A program made the position numbers and the translations under genes. Shown here in pieces: positions 36,260-45,962 of a stretch of DNA of 59,257 bases (position 1 is its first letter; every line of letters starts with the position of its first letter). Origin of the DNA: a virus (lineage: Duplodnaviria > Caudoviricetes); the IMG/VR virus record IMGVR_UViG_3300046169_000050, positions 1 to 59,257 of that record, one strand, 5' to 3'. The notes under the pieces are model-generated. The model was given only the letters and a program-made list of their open reading frames with translations. It ran no database searches and was not told the origin of the DNA.

Positions 36260-36325
36260 ATACTTCTTTTTCTTCCTCTTACTACCCTTTGGCTTCTGAT
36301 TTATGCAGGGTTGTCCCTTATGCAT
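36254..36325 (-). CDS. 23-aa basic peptide (not in ORF track)
   Basis: MHKGQPCINQKPKGSKRKKKKYN; TAAGGAG RBS; similar to the peptide at 11233-11322. Confidence 0.6.
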   Translation of the reverse strand: MHKGQPCINQKPKGSKRKKKKYN

Positions 36326-36336
36326 CACTTTTCTCC

Positions 36337-39300
36337 TTATCTCATACCAATTACTAAACCGTTTACTTCACCGATCTGGTCAGCCGTGCTGCCAGTATCA
36401 CTATTACCGACTCCAGAACTACCGTACCTAGTCATATCTAACTTCAAATCAACGGTACCTGTAGTACGTCTGCCTAGCGTGCCGGAGATAGCAAACGGCA
36501 TATATAGACTTGTACTGGCTTTAAAGCGCGTTTCGCCAACTAGCTGATAGGTATTAGACGCCGACACAGTAATCGTATTACTTGTGCTGAAATAAGCAGT
36601 CGTATAGTACAGCGTTGTCACGTTGGTTGAGCTGCTGTAGAGCGCGCTAGTAACAGTACCTGATGAAGACCCGTTGCTAAGTACGCTGCCTTGAGGAGCG
36701 TCAAATCGTTTATCGCCGCTAAACGTCGCGTAGTGTAAGGTTGCTGATCCTTTGCTACCCCCCTGTGTCCCTACCGACGTGGGCGACCCCAAAGTAGTAG
36801 AAGCAGTTGAGTTATCCTTCATCCACATTCGTATGCTATATGTCTTTGAGTTCGTAGAGTTAAACCAACCGCTGCACTGCGCATACGGTATATGCCCCAC
36901 AGTTGAGTGGGAAGTCGCTGGAAGATCTTCCTCTAAGAAAATAAGCGTGCCTCCATACGTACCAGTGTTAGCACCCCCCGCAAACTGCTGAAGAGTAGTG
37001 TCTCTAAACGAACGCATGATACTCACATCGCCGAGTAGATTACCTGCGTAGACGTTGGTGCCCTGCATCACAGTAGCGCTAATGCTGCCAGAAGTTATCT
37101 GGTTCGCTTCTATAGCGTTTACCTGAAGTGCTCCAGTATTCGGGTTAGACGTAAGCGTCGTGCTATCGATGTTAAGACGGTTGGTGTCTATCGTGCCCGC
37201 AGTAATCTTGTCAGCAGACAAGTTGGCAATCTTCGCGTTGTCGATCGCAGCGTCGCCAATCTTGGCATTGGTTATCGTGCCGTTCTTAATAAAACCATCG
37301 GCTATGTACACACCGGCAGGTACAGTCTCGCCGTTAATTACCTGCTGGCTAGTAATAACGCTAAACGGAACAGTAGGATTGCCAGTGTCACTAGCACTAC
37401 CTAACAACGCAAAACGGTCAGCGTTTACAATAAATTCACTAACAATGTTCCCCGCTGCTGTAGTCGTAGACGCCAGACCAAAACCAGCTACAGCTCCGTT
37501 TAGGTCGACCTTTACGGTGTACTGCGCTTCCAGATCCTCACCATCTGCCTTGGTATAGAAATTCTGCTGAACCGCCGCCGTAGTCGCGTAACCGCCAAGC
37601 GTAGACGTGGACACCAAGTCCGTCGTAGCCGAGCTAATCGCCGAGTTCATGTCAGTTGTTGTCGAATAATCGGTAGTCAGCGTTGCAGTAGTAACGTAGT
37701 CACTAAGCGCTGTTGTCTGATCTGTGTCAGTAACGTAATCGCCTAATGCATTATTAAGAGCCGTAGTAGAGACCAGCGTTTGCGTCGCATTACTTATCGC
37801 CGTGTCAGCTTCCGACCTTGTGTAGTAGTTCGTAGTAAGGTCCGATGTACTTGTGTAATCACCAAGCGCTGTAGATAAACCGCTAGTAGAGACAAGGTTC
37901 TGTGTCGCTACGCTGATCGCACTATTCGTCTCTGTCTCAGTCAGATAGTTATTAGTCAGCGTGCTGTTATTTACGTAGTCACCTAGCTCGTCAGACAGAT
38001 CCGTAGTTGAAACCAGACTTTGAGTTGCTGTACTAATTGCGCTGGTAGTCTCTGTCTCAGTTAGGTAGTTGTTAGTCAGCGTCGCATTAGTCGCGTAGTC
38101 ACCCAACTCATCAGACAAGTCAGTCGTCGAAACCAAATTTTGCGTCGCCTGTGATATCGCGTTGGTAGTCGCTGTCGACGTAAGATAATTGTTAGTCAGG
38201 TTAGCGTTAGTCGCATAGTCTGAAAGCTCTGTCGCTAAGCCACTACTCGACACTAAGTCCTGTGTCGCGGAGCTAATCGCACTCTCTGTATCAGTTTCAG
38301 TCAGGTAATTCGTAGTCAGATACGAGGTAGTCGGGTAGTTACCTAGCGTGGTGGTAAGGTCTGTAGTCGACACCAGACTTTGCGTTGCGTTAGTAATCGC
38401 AGTGTCTGCCTCACTGCTAGTGTAATAGTTGGTCGACAGCGTTGAGTTAGTAACGTAGCTACCTAGCGCATTTGTTAGGTTAGTAGACGACACAAGGTCT
38501 TGCGTCGCTGTGCTGATTGCACTATCTGCGTCAGTACGTGTGTAGTAGTTGTTAGTCAGCGTTGCAGTAGTCGCGTAGTCATCTAGCGTGGTGTCTAAGT
38601 CGCTGTCCGTTACGTAGTCTACCAGCTCATCTGCAAGCGACGAATTGGACACTAAGCTCTGTGTTGCCGAGCTAATCGCAGCATCAGCTTCAGTAATCGT
38701 GTAGTAACTGTTGGTTAACGTAGAGTTCTGAACATAGGGATTCAGCGCCGTCGAAAGGTCTGTAGTCGACACAAGACTCTGCGTAGCACTACTGATCGCG
38801 CTATCTGCTTCTGTGATTGTGTAGTAATTGGTCGTCAACGTGCTGTTAGTGACATAACCAGACAGCGCCGTATTAGACACAAGGTTCTGAGTTGCCTGCG
38901 ATATTGCAGAGTCAGCCTCTGCACTCGTGTAGTAATTGTTTGTAAGCGTAGATGTCGTAGCGTACGGAGAAAGCGCTGACGTTAGGTCAGATGTAGACAC
39001 AAGGCTCTGAGTAGCTGTGCTAATCGCGCTATCCGCTTCTGTGATTGTGTAGTAGTCGTTTGTCAGCGTTGCGTTAGTTACGTAGTTGTTTAACGTCGTG
39101 TTCGATACAAGGCTCTGAGTAGCTGTGCTAATCGCACTGTTGGTTTCTGTTGCAGTCAGATAGTCATTTGTTAGCGTTGCGGTTGTCGCATAATCGCTCA
39201 GCTCAGTAGTCAGGTCTGTGTTTGACACAAGGCTCTGCGTAGCAGATGAAATCGCGCTATCAGCCTGAGTTTTTGTATAGTGGTTTGTCGTCAGCGTTGC

Positions 39301-41037
39301 AGTCGTCGCATAACTACCCAGAGTCGTGGTCAGGTCTGAGTCCAACACGTAATCGTCAAGCGTGGATGACGATACAAGATTCGTGGTGGCCTGCGTAATC
39401 GCACTGTTAGTGCCAGTCTCAGTCAGATAGTTGCTGGTTAAGTGGGCTGACGTCACGTAGTCGTCAAGGTCAGTAGTAGACGCCAGACTGCTTGTTGCCG
39501 TACTTATTGCACTATTTGTATCTGTCGCGGTCAGGTAGTCATTCGTCAACGTCGCTGTTGTCGCGTAGTCACCCAACTCATCGTCTAACTCGGTCGTTGA
39601 TACAAGCGACTCAGTAGCCGTGCTAATCGCCGAGTTTATATCGGCAGTAGTTGAATAGTTAGTAGTAAGCGTGCTGTTCGTTACGTAATCGCCCAAATCA
39701 GCAGTCGAAGCCAGCCCTGTTATCGCAGTACTGATGGCGGAGTTCATATCCGATGTTGTGGAATAGCTAGTCAACAAGGTTGAGCGAGTAGCGACAAGAC
39801 CCGTTGTTGCGTCGTTTACAGTGCTTTGTAGCCCCGCAATAGCTTGAGCAGCAGCAGAAGAAGACGTTGCGCTCACCGTATTTAAAGACGTGATTGACGC
39901 AGAGTTTGCTGATACCACATCAGCGAGACTGTCGTAGTCCCCAATCAACTCCCAGTAAGTAGTGTTGGTAGGGAGATTACCCGACGTACTTTGCTTCGCT
40001 CTGTACAGGCTATCGCTGTACGTAACCAAGTCTCCAGTCGAGTACGAGGTAGAGCCGTCGTAAGCAGATACACCAACAATGTCGTTGATCTGACTTTGCA
40101 AGGTGTTGGCCGAGTTCGTGATAGCTGTAGCACGGGCCGAAGCTTCGTTCGATATAGCAGTAGCACGGGCTGACGCCTCCGCACTAACAGCGCTTGTAAT
40201 CGCTGTGCCTCGATTAGTCACCTCAGTTGCTATTGAGGACGATATCGCAGAGTTACGAGCCTCGACTTCATCATCTATAGCGTCAGTAATCGCTGTAGCA
40301 CGGGCCGACGCTTCGCTCGATATAGCAGTAGCGCGAGCGTTGGCCTCTGCTGCAACTTGCGCTGCCACCGAACCAGCTACTGTCGCTGGCGAGTCAATTA
40401 GATCTATGCGGGTAGTGAGAGCGTTCGCAAGCTCAGACTCTGTAATAGCCCCTTCTATGATCTCAAGGATGTGCTCTACGTCCGTAGCCGTAGCTATTTC
40501 TAGACCAGCTGTAGCGTGGTACGGCCCCGGCTCTTCGTTTATGTTCACGTGCCGAAGCCAATAGTACCTAGTAAGCCCTGCGCCAATTGGGTCTACAAAA
40601 GATATACCAGAGCTAATACCAACGAATTGTGCGTCGCCAATCGTGTCGGCGTCAAAGCGCCAAATCTCAGTAAATGAATGCCCACGATATGTCGGCAAGT
40701 CCCAATAAATCTGGGCGACAGCATATCCACCAGCGCCAGTTACGCCCGTAGGCGCAGTAGGTGTCTCTACATCTCCAGAATTGCCAGTTGATGGCGGAAG
40801 AAAATCAGTGCTAGGCGTGTTCGGATCGAAAGGCCGGTTGGCTAAATCAACGGCAAGACCTGTGTCAATAAGCTCACGAAGGGTAATAGCACGATCACGA
40901 ACATCGCCCCTTCTTCCCAGCCTGATCTCAAGTGCCTCAGAAATGCTTTCAAGGTATCTCCTTAACTGTGGTGACACATCCGCCGGGGGTTTCGGAAAAC
41001 CCGGAACCTTAGTCGGATTATTAGTGCGTACAGTCAT
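36337..41037 (-). CDS. Tail fibre/tip protein with CBM5/12-like module, Thr-rich repeats and DUF1983-like domain
   Basis: Y..GDLVTY...LYRAK...PT.TTYW module; 18 repeats; YTVKVD.NG.VAGFGL, F.VNADRFA, I.NAKI. Confidence 0.8.
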   Translation of the reverse strand: MTVRTNNPTKVPGFPKPPADVSPQLRRYLESISEALEIRLGRRGDVRDRAITLRELIDTGLAVDLANRPFDPNTPSTDFLPPSTGNSGDVETPTAPTGVTGAGGYAVAQIYWDLPTYRGHSFTEIWRFDADTIGDAQFVGISSGISFVDPIGAGLTRYYWLRHVNINEEPGPYHATAGLEIATATDVEHILEIIEGAITESELANALTTRIDLIDSPATVAGSVAAQVAAEANARATAISSEASARATAITDAIDDEVEARNSAISSSIATEVTNRGTAITSAVSAEASARATAISNEASARATAITNSANTLQSQINDIVGVSAYDGSTSYSTGDLVTYSDSLYRAKQSTSGNLPTNTTYWELIGDYDSLADVVSANSASITSLNTVSATSSSAAAQAIAGLQSTVNDATTGLVATRSTLLTSYSTTSDMNSAISTAITGLASTADLGDYVTNSTLTTNYSTTADINSAISTATESLVSTTELDDELGDYATTATLTNDYLTATDTNSAISTATSSLASTTDLDDYVTSAHLTSNYLTETGTNSAITQATTNLVSSSTLDDYVLDSDLTTTLGSYATTATLTTNHYTKTQADSAISSATQSLVSNTDLTTELSDYATTATLTNDYLTATETNSAISTATQSLVSNTTLNNYVTNATLTNDYYTITEADSAISTATQSLVSTSDLTSALSPYATTSTLTNNYYTSAEADSAISQATQNLVSNTALSGYVTNSTLTTNYYTITEADSAISSATQSLVSTTDLSTALNPYVQNSTLTNSYYTITEADAAISSATQSLVSNSSLADELVDYVTDSDLDTTLDDYATTATLTNNYYTRTDADSAISTATQDLVSSTNLTNALGSYVTNSTLSTNYYTSSEADTAITNATQSLVSTTDLTTTLGNYPTTSYLTTNYLTETDTESAISSATQDLVSSSGLATELSDYATNANLTNNYLTSTATTNAISQATQNLVSTTDLSDELGDYATNATLTNNYLTETETTSAISTATQSLVSTTDLSDELGDYVNNSTLTNNYLTETETNSAISVATQNLVSTSGLSTALGDYTSTSDLTTNYYTRSEADTAISNATQTLVSTTALNNALGDYVTDTDQTTALSDYVTTATLTTDYSTTTDMNSAISSATTDLVSTSTLGGYATTAAVQQNFYTKADGEDLEAQYTVKVDLNGAVAGFGLASTTTAAGNIVSEFIVNADRFALLGSASDTGNPTVPFSVITSQQVINGETVPAGVYIADGFIKNGTITNAKIGDAAIDNAKIANLSADKITAGTIDTNRLNIDSTTLTSNPNTGALQVNAIEANQITSGSISATVMQGTNVYAGNLLGDVSIMRSFRDTTLQQFAGGANTGTYGGTLIFLEEDLPATSHSTVGHIPYAQCSGWFNSTNSKTYSIRMWMKDNSTASTTLGSPTSVGTQGGSKGSATLHYATFSGDKRFDAPQGSVLSNGSSSGTVTSALYSSSTNVTTLYYTTAYFSTSNTITVSASNTYQLVGETRFKASTSLYMPFAISGTLGRRTTGTVDLKLDMTRYGSSGVGNSDTGSTADQIGEVNGLVIGMR
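37560..39780 (-). repeat. 18 tandem 36-53-aa Thr/Ser-rich coding repeats
   Basis: SAIS.AT..LVS...DY.T..TLT.NY.T recurs 18 times; boundaries approximate. Confidence 0.85.
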
Positions 41038-42737
41038 AGGGCAGCTATCTCATCCATGCTCTGAGCGAGACATACCTCATCGATTTCTACAGCGCCTTCT
41101 ACCTCTACCTCCCAAACTTGGCCCACGACAGCAGGCAAACGCATGATAGGTTCACGCAGCGTGCCCGATGAAGCGCCCGATGGCACAGTCACCGACTGCG
41201 TGTACACGTTGTTCGAATATGAAAGCGAGTAAACAGCGATCTGTGTCCCATCAACCCACACTCGCACAGTCACCGGATATGCTTGAGCGTGTACTGACAC
41301 CCAACCCATGCTGACAGGTTTAGGCGTGACGTACTGTTTAGACTTCCATTTTAAAGTTTTATTGGCCGTACCTCCACGGTACTTTTTAATCTTATTACCT
41401 ACGATTATGTACAACTCACCGTCTTTGGGATGCATGTACCCGCCACGCACTTCACCTGTGTAACTAAGATTAGAGAGCGCTGCCTCACCCGCACGTGGGT
41501 CATAAACAAAACCGCCGCCGTTCCAGAAGGCAACGTACGTGTTCTCGTGCCTGAACGCCCGATACGTAGTTGGGTTAAAGTCGTCGTTCCACTGTCTGGC
41601 AGAGATCAGACCGTTAGTTACAACCTCACCCTCGCCACCTGACACAGCGACCAGCCCGTCTGGACCGGCGTATAGCAGGTACTCGCCCATGTCTACGACG
41701 CTCTTATCGTTGACGCAAGCCTGTGCTATGTCGAGCTTGATTGCTGTCATAGCACTGGGGTCAACGCCCGTTACAAAATACGGAGCGCCATCTGTAAGAG
41801 CCACAATACCGTTGGTGACAGAGCCAATAGCAACAATGTCTTCCTCAAGCGTTATGCGATAGTCGATAGGCCACGCATGAGGTAGGAAAGGTTCACTAAG
41901 ACAAAGACGTTTGCCCGTAAAACCAGCAAAAACGCCGTTAGCAACAGCAATAAGGCCAACAAGCGGCCCGTTAGGATATAGGCTCGTATCATCGTCCGGC
42001 GGACCAATCCATGTACCGCTTGGTAACACTTCCCCGAGCGCAAACGACTCAGAGCTATCATCATACGTAGTTGTTGCAAAGGACACCTCCGCGACAAACT
42101 GGAACGTCGTGTTTGTACTACCTGTGTTTGATCTATAAATACGCTTCTTCGCGCCCGTGCCGAAGTTGTAATTCCCGCTAGGGTGCTCAGTAGATGGTAA
42201 AGGAATCGTTATCGTTTCCGTATCGGTACGTTCCAACACGTTGCTTGCTGGGCTGGGCGGTCCTTCTTCGCCGAAGGCAGTAACGAACGTATAAACGTAC
42301 GCTACGTCGTCAGGCGTTTGCGTGTCGTCCGCGTCACCTGTCTTGGTGATGGCTGGAGCAGCGGACGGAGCTGGTACGCCTAACCTAAAACTTGAAGCTG
42401 GGTAACTTGACCCTGCCACAATAGTCGCAGCCGTGCCCATACGTGGGTAGTCTTCCCCCGTCCAGTAAAGACGGTCTAGTGTGTCGGCGGGTATTGGACC
42501 CTGAACCACGGATACTCCATCGTCGTTCCACTGCAACCAGTTGGTATCACGATAAAAGAAGATAGAGCGGCGTGCGGTGTTAGTCAGCGTAAATGTGTCA
42601 GAGTCTGAAGTAACTGGCTTCAGACGACCTGATTCAAAGTCTACGTTTTCTGCTGTTTGAGCGAATTGCTCAGAGAGAAGTCTTGGGGAGACTCCGGGGG
42701 CGATACCACTAAAACTGTCGCGTTTAAAATACGCCAT
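41034..42737 (-). CDS. Tail tubular/nozzle (stabilisation) protein
   Basis: F.GI.P..SPRLL...AQ.A.N, YVYT.VT..GEEGPPS, SEP.LPHAWP, WKSK motifs. Confidence 0.75.
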   Translation of the reverse strand: MAYFKRDSFSGIAPGVSPRLLSEQFAQTAENVDFESGRLKPVTSDSDTFTLTNTARRSIFFYRDTNWLQWNDDGVSVVQGPIPADTLDRLYWTGEDYPRMGTAATIVAGSSYPASSFRLGVPAPSAAPAITKTGDADDTQTPDDVAYVYTFVTAFGEEGPPSPASNVLERTDTETITIPLPSTEHPSGNYNFGTGAKKRIYRSNTGSTNTTFQFVAEVSFATTTYDDSSESFALGEVLPSGTWIGPPDDDTSLYPNGPLVGLIAVANGVFAGFTGKRLCLSEPFLPHAWPIDYRITLEEDIVAIGSVTNGIVALTDGAPYFVTGVDPSAMTAIKLDIAQACVNDKSVVDMGEYLLYAGPDGLVAVSGGEGEVVTNGLISARQWNDDFNPTTYRAFRHENTYVAFWNGGGFVYDPRAGEAALSNLSYTGEVRGGYMHPKDGELYIIVGNKIKKYRGGTANKTLKWKSKQYVTPKPVSMGWVSVHAQAYPVTVRVWVDGTQIAVYSLSYSNNVYTQSVTVPSGASSGTLREPIMRLPAVVGQVWEVEVEGAVEIDEVCLAQSMDEIAAL

Positions 42738-42744
42738 AGCTACC

Positions 42745-42987
42745 TCACTTCATGAGCAAGGTGACAATAAGCCCTGCCATACCGCCTAATAGCATTACCC
42801 CTAGAGTGAACATTCGCTTGTTCATTGTTTCTAGGGAGTCGTCGATGCGGTCCAGACGATTAAAGATTGTCTTAGACCGCTCTTCACACATAGCTTCGTG
42901 GGAAGCGATACGGTTGATCGCCTCCCAGTATCGATCTACCGAGTCACTCTGACTCGATGACCTCGGCTGCGTCGTCACTGTTTTCAC
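42745..42987 (-). CDS. XhlA-like small membrane protein
   Basis: HE..C.ER...I..RLDRI coiled coil plus C-terminal TM. Confidence 0.55.
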   Translation of the reverse strand: MKTVTTQPRSSSQSDSVDRYWEAINRIASHEAMCEERSKTIFNRLDRIDDSLETMNKRMFTLGVMLLGGMAGLIVTLLMK

Positions 42988-43186
42988 TTTTCACTCGCTG
43001 GCTGATTAGGGAAGCGAGGTTTGTGACTGACACTTCGTGAATCACGGCCTGTCTTCGAGCGCCAACCATCATGTCATTTGCTTGAGCATGTAGTGACAGC
43101 AACTCTTTTACCTCGTCAGAAAGATCTTCGATTTGGTATTCCACTTCGTCGATCGTTACAGTTTGGACTTGTGATCCATCGGTCAT
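42944..43186 (-). CDS. Small acidic protein
   Basis: AGGAG RBS; TID..EY.IEDLS motif. Confidence 0.65.
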   Translation of the reverse strand: MTDGSQVQTVTIDEVEYQIEDLSDEVKELLSLHAQANDMMVGARRQAVIHEVSVTNLASLISQRVKSENSDDAAEVIESE

Positions 43187-43226
43187 TTGCTAACTCCTAT
43201 AGGGCATAAACATCTATCCGTCATTT

Positions 43227-43243
43227 TATTAGCTGTGCTAATT
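43227..43243. promoter_or_regulatory. 17-bp operator within a minus-strand promoter-like sequence
   Basis: TATTAGCTGTGCTAATT; TTGCAA-16 bp-TAAAAT. Confidence 0.7.
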
Positions 43244-43253
43244 TTTGCAACTA

Positions 43254-43787
43254 TTAGTTGCCACCTAACGGGTTTGTAGCATCAATCGCCATCCAAAGGT
43301 CATTCATATCGCGTTCGTACTTTTTGAGGCGGTCGTTTATCGTGCTTAGGGCTTCCAACTTACCCGATACGCGCAGCTCTGTTTCAGACGATGTCTTCTC
43401 GACAGATGCTATCCGGTCCCTTATATCCAGCAGCTCCTGCTGTGCGTCCATAATCTGCATAAGGTTCGCACCTAGCTCGGCGAGCTTGCCTTGCAGGTTC
43501 TCGACATCTGCCGCTGTCATGGCCTGCTCCATTCCGGCAAGCTTCTTGTCCATATCCTGCAAACGGAGAGCGTTAGATTCGCGTAGATCATCAAACCTTT
43601 TGGCCAACCCTTCGGCCTGCGATGTTGCTGCAACTACTGCCTCAGACTGCTCGTTTAACTGAGAAAAGAACTGGGACGCTGCCCAGATACCGCCGCCAAT
43701 TGTTGAGGCAAATGACAGCACAATAGCGATCCAAACGCCTTTTATCTGCGTGCCGCCTACATTTAACTCTAAATCTTCAAGGGCCAC
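43254..43787 (-). CDS. Membrane-anchored coiled-coil protein
   Basis: N-terminal TM followed by about 130 aa of coiled coil. Confidence 0.7.
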   Translation of the reverse strand: MALEDLELNVGGTQIKGVWIAIVLSFASTIGGGIWAASQFFSQLNEQSEAVVAATSQAEGLAKRFDDLRESNALRLQDMDKKLAGMEQAMTAADVENLQGKLAELGANLMQIMDAQQELLDIRDRIASVEKTSSETELRVSGKLEALSTINDRLKKYERDMNDLWMAIDATNPLGGN

Positions 43788-44613
43788 CGTTTAAACACTC
43801 CTCTTGGTTCGCCGAAAACCAGCAACCGCCTTCTGGGGACGTGATCCAGAAGTCGTCTGTTTCGGCTTCAGTTAACACGTCCTCTGCAGAGACAAAGTAG
43901 TTGCCGACCTGCAGACCTTGAATGGTGCTACCACCATCAAAAGATACCCACACGGCTTGCGTTGCTAAATCAAAGAAAACCGACGCGGTTTCTTCGTAGG
44001 TGACACGCATGTCATACGCCATGTCGTTTGCCTGTTCTAGAAGCGTCTCATCCCCCGCAACAGCCATGTAAGCAGCGGCTGTTTGTATTGCCGCCTCTGT
44101 ATTTGATAGGGCGTCGTTGTACTCGGTAATATCAGAGTCTGTAAGCGTGACGTCGTTAGCCGCCATGAACTCTTGCAGCTCCATCGCTTCGCGCTGGTCA
44201 GGCGCTGCTTGAGCGTCCTGAGCCATTTCATTGACAGTGGCAACCATGATGACTTGCTGAGCGGCCTCTACATAGGCATCGATCATCTCGGACACAACGT
44301 CCATAGCCTGATCGGCTTGATCTTGGAAGTACTCGTCTGCACCGGGGTCGTAGGTGTATGTGGCCGCCGCTACTGCTGCGACCGCTTGGTTATATGCGTC
44401 TTGTTGGGATTTACTAATATGACCGTTCTCAGCCATCGCAGGCGCGATATTACCATCCCATGCGTAGGAGGAACCGCCAGCAATTGTCTTAATACCGTAG
44501 GCAAACGTATCGCGGATGCTTTGCGATGTGTCGACTAGATCATCAATCTCCGTCGCGTAGAGTGGAGCGGAAGCGATCGCTAATACTACGCCCATCAGAA
44601 CTCTCACCGTCAT
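43777..44613 (-). CDS. Secreted-type acidic helical protein
   Basis: ATG 44613; signal-peptide-like MTVRVLMGVVLAIASAPLYA; C-terminal Cys pair. Confidence 0.65.
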   Translation of the reverse strand: MTVRVLMGVVLAIASAPLYATEIDDLVDTSQSIRDTFAYGIKTIAGGSSYAWDGNIAPAMAENGHISKSQQDAYNQAVAAVAAATYTYDPGADEYFQDQADQAMDVVSEMIDAYVEAAQQVIMVATVNEMAQDAQAAPDQREAMELQEFMAANDVTLTDSDITEYNDALSNTEAAIQTAAAYMAVAGDETLLEQANDMAYDMRVTYEETASVFFDLATQAVWVSFDGGSTIQGLQVGNYFVSAEDVLTEAETDDFWITSPEGGCWFSANQEECLNGGP

Positions 44614-45217
44614 TGCTGTTACCCCCAAGTAATAGTGCGTCGTAAAACTCCTTATCTTCGTGATAGTCTGGAATCCACATCTCCGGGTTAGACTTGACTT
44701 CCAGTAGCGCCGTCTTCCCCACTAACAACCTTCCGCCCCTAATGATCGGGCACGGGGTTGCACTCATAAACATAGCCCGCCAAACCTGAGCGTTCTGGCA
44801 CATCAAGCTAACGCTTGCGACCTTCATCCCCATATTTGAGAGCGTAATCGCGTTGAGCCTGCGGTTACATTCTTCGTCTTGCGTGTATTTACCAGACGAG
44901 ATGCCCACCGACATCAGCTGCAGACCGCCCGACAAAGACTTAAGACATGACTGCTGCCCGCTGCTCATAAGGCTCGGGCTAACTGCTGTCGTGACGGGCA
45001 TGGACCGAGAACCAGCTCCGTTGTACGTCTTAGTCACGTTGCCGTTATTGGAGTTCGACGTATTGAGGTCGCCCTCGATGTTGGTATCGTCACCACCCCC
45101 CTCAAAATCAGGCTCGTACTCGCTGTCTCTCGTAGGCGCTGGGTCTATATCTGGTACCGGCTCAATTTGCGCAAAAGCCAAACTTGGAACCAGCACCAGT
45201 ATTAGCAGCCTTTTCAT
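44543..45217 (-). CDS. Secreted-type Cys-containing protein
   Basis: Signal peptide MKRLLILVLVPSLAFA; four Cys. Confidence 0.7.
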   Translation of the reverse strand: MKRLLILVLVPSLAFAQIEPVPDIDPAPTRDSEYEPDFEGGGDDTNIEGDLNTSNSNNGNVTKTYNGAGSRSMPVTTAVSPSLMSSGQQSCLKSLSGGLQLMSVGISSGKYTQDEECNRRLNAITLSNMGMKVASVSLMCQNAQVWRAMFMSATPCPIIRGGRLLVGKTALLEVKSNPEMWIPDYHEDKEFYDALLLGGNSNDGESSDGRSISDRFRSTLRDGD

Positions 45218-45723
45218 CCGACAGTTAATTCCATCAGCGTAAGGTGCGGTGCCACCTCTCGCGCGTTCTCGGTTAGTGTTGCGCCAATAGCATCTGCAGT
45301 CTGTCGATTTAGCAGGTGGGCGTGTACTGGTGTGTTTGCACCCGCCGTTTCTAGCGTCCAGCTCGTAATACCGATCTCGGCCCAGTAAGCGTTGCGAGCG
45401 TTACGATAGTCTTCGTTGTAGAGGTACGACTTGCTTCCGCTCGCGTCAGGCTTTACCAGCCCAACCAGCCACTGCGCTGTCGTCCCATCCTGTATGCCTG
45501 CGTTAAGCATTAGCACGCCGTCACCATCCGATACGGTCCACGCGAAGCCGTCCGCCATAACACGATTAAAATTGCTTCGCATATGATCGCGCTTCTCTAG
45601 ATCTGTCAGCGTCCCATATAAATGCCACGGGTAGCTTCCTGCATCTAGCGACGGCAAGGACGCCCAAAACAAATCATTGAACTCGATGTCGTCGACGCTG
45701 GTTATTGTCTCGAAAGTAATCAT
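45214..45723 (-). CDS. Hypothetical protein
   Basis: 169 aa, ATGA-coupled. Confidence 0.6.
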   Translation of the reverse strand: MITFETITSVDDIEFNDLFWASLPSLDAGSYPWHLYGTLTDLEKRDHMRSNFNRVMADGFAWTVSDGDGVLMLNAGIQDGTTAQWLVGLVKPDASGSKSYLYNEDYRNARNAYWAEIGITSWTLETAGANTPVHAHLLNRQTADAIGATLTENAREVAPHLTLMELTVG

Positions 45724-45962
45724 AAGTCTGGCGGGTCCATTGGTACGCGAGCGAGGTTTGGGTTTTCTGCAATGTCTTCATCCATACGATCTTCCATCTC
45801 ATGGACCAAGGCCACAGTAGCCCCCATGTCGATAACGCCGTTTGTCCTAATAATAGGAACTCGAAACGTCACAGGAGTTTCCTGCGTTATTGCAGGTGAG
45901 CGCACCTCGCCCTCAAGAAAAACAGCGTCTTCGGCAGGAGTATCGTAGACCAGTGTTCTCAT
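45720..45962 (-). CDS. Hypothetical protein (possible fibre chaperone)
   Basis: 80 aa, ATGA-coupled. Confidence 0.55.
   Translation of the reverse strand: MRTLVYDTPAEDAVFLEGEVRSPAITQETPVTFRVPIIRTNGVIDMGATVALVHEMEDRMDEDIAENPNLARVPMDPPDL

Noticed and set aside
37560-39780. Ice-binding/antifreeze TxT repeat protein
   Set aside because: Repeats show amphipathic helical patterning inside a tail fibre rather than a regular TxT beta-solenoid.
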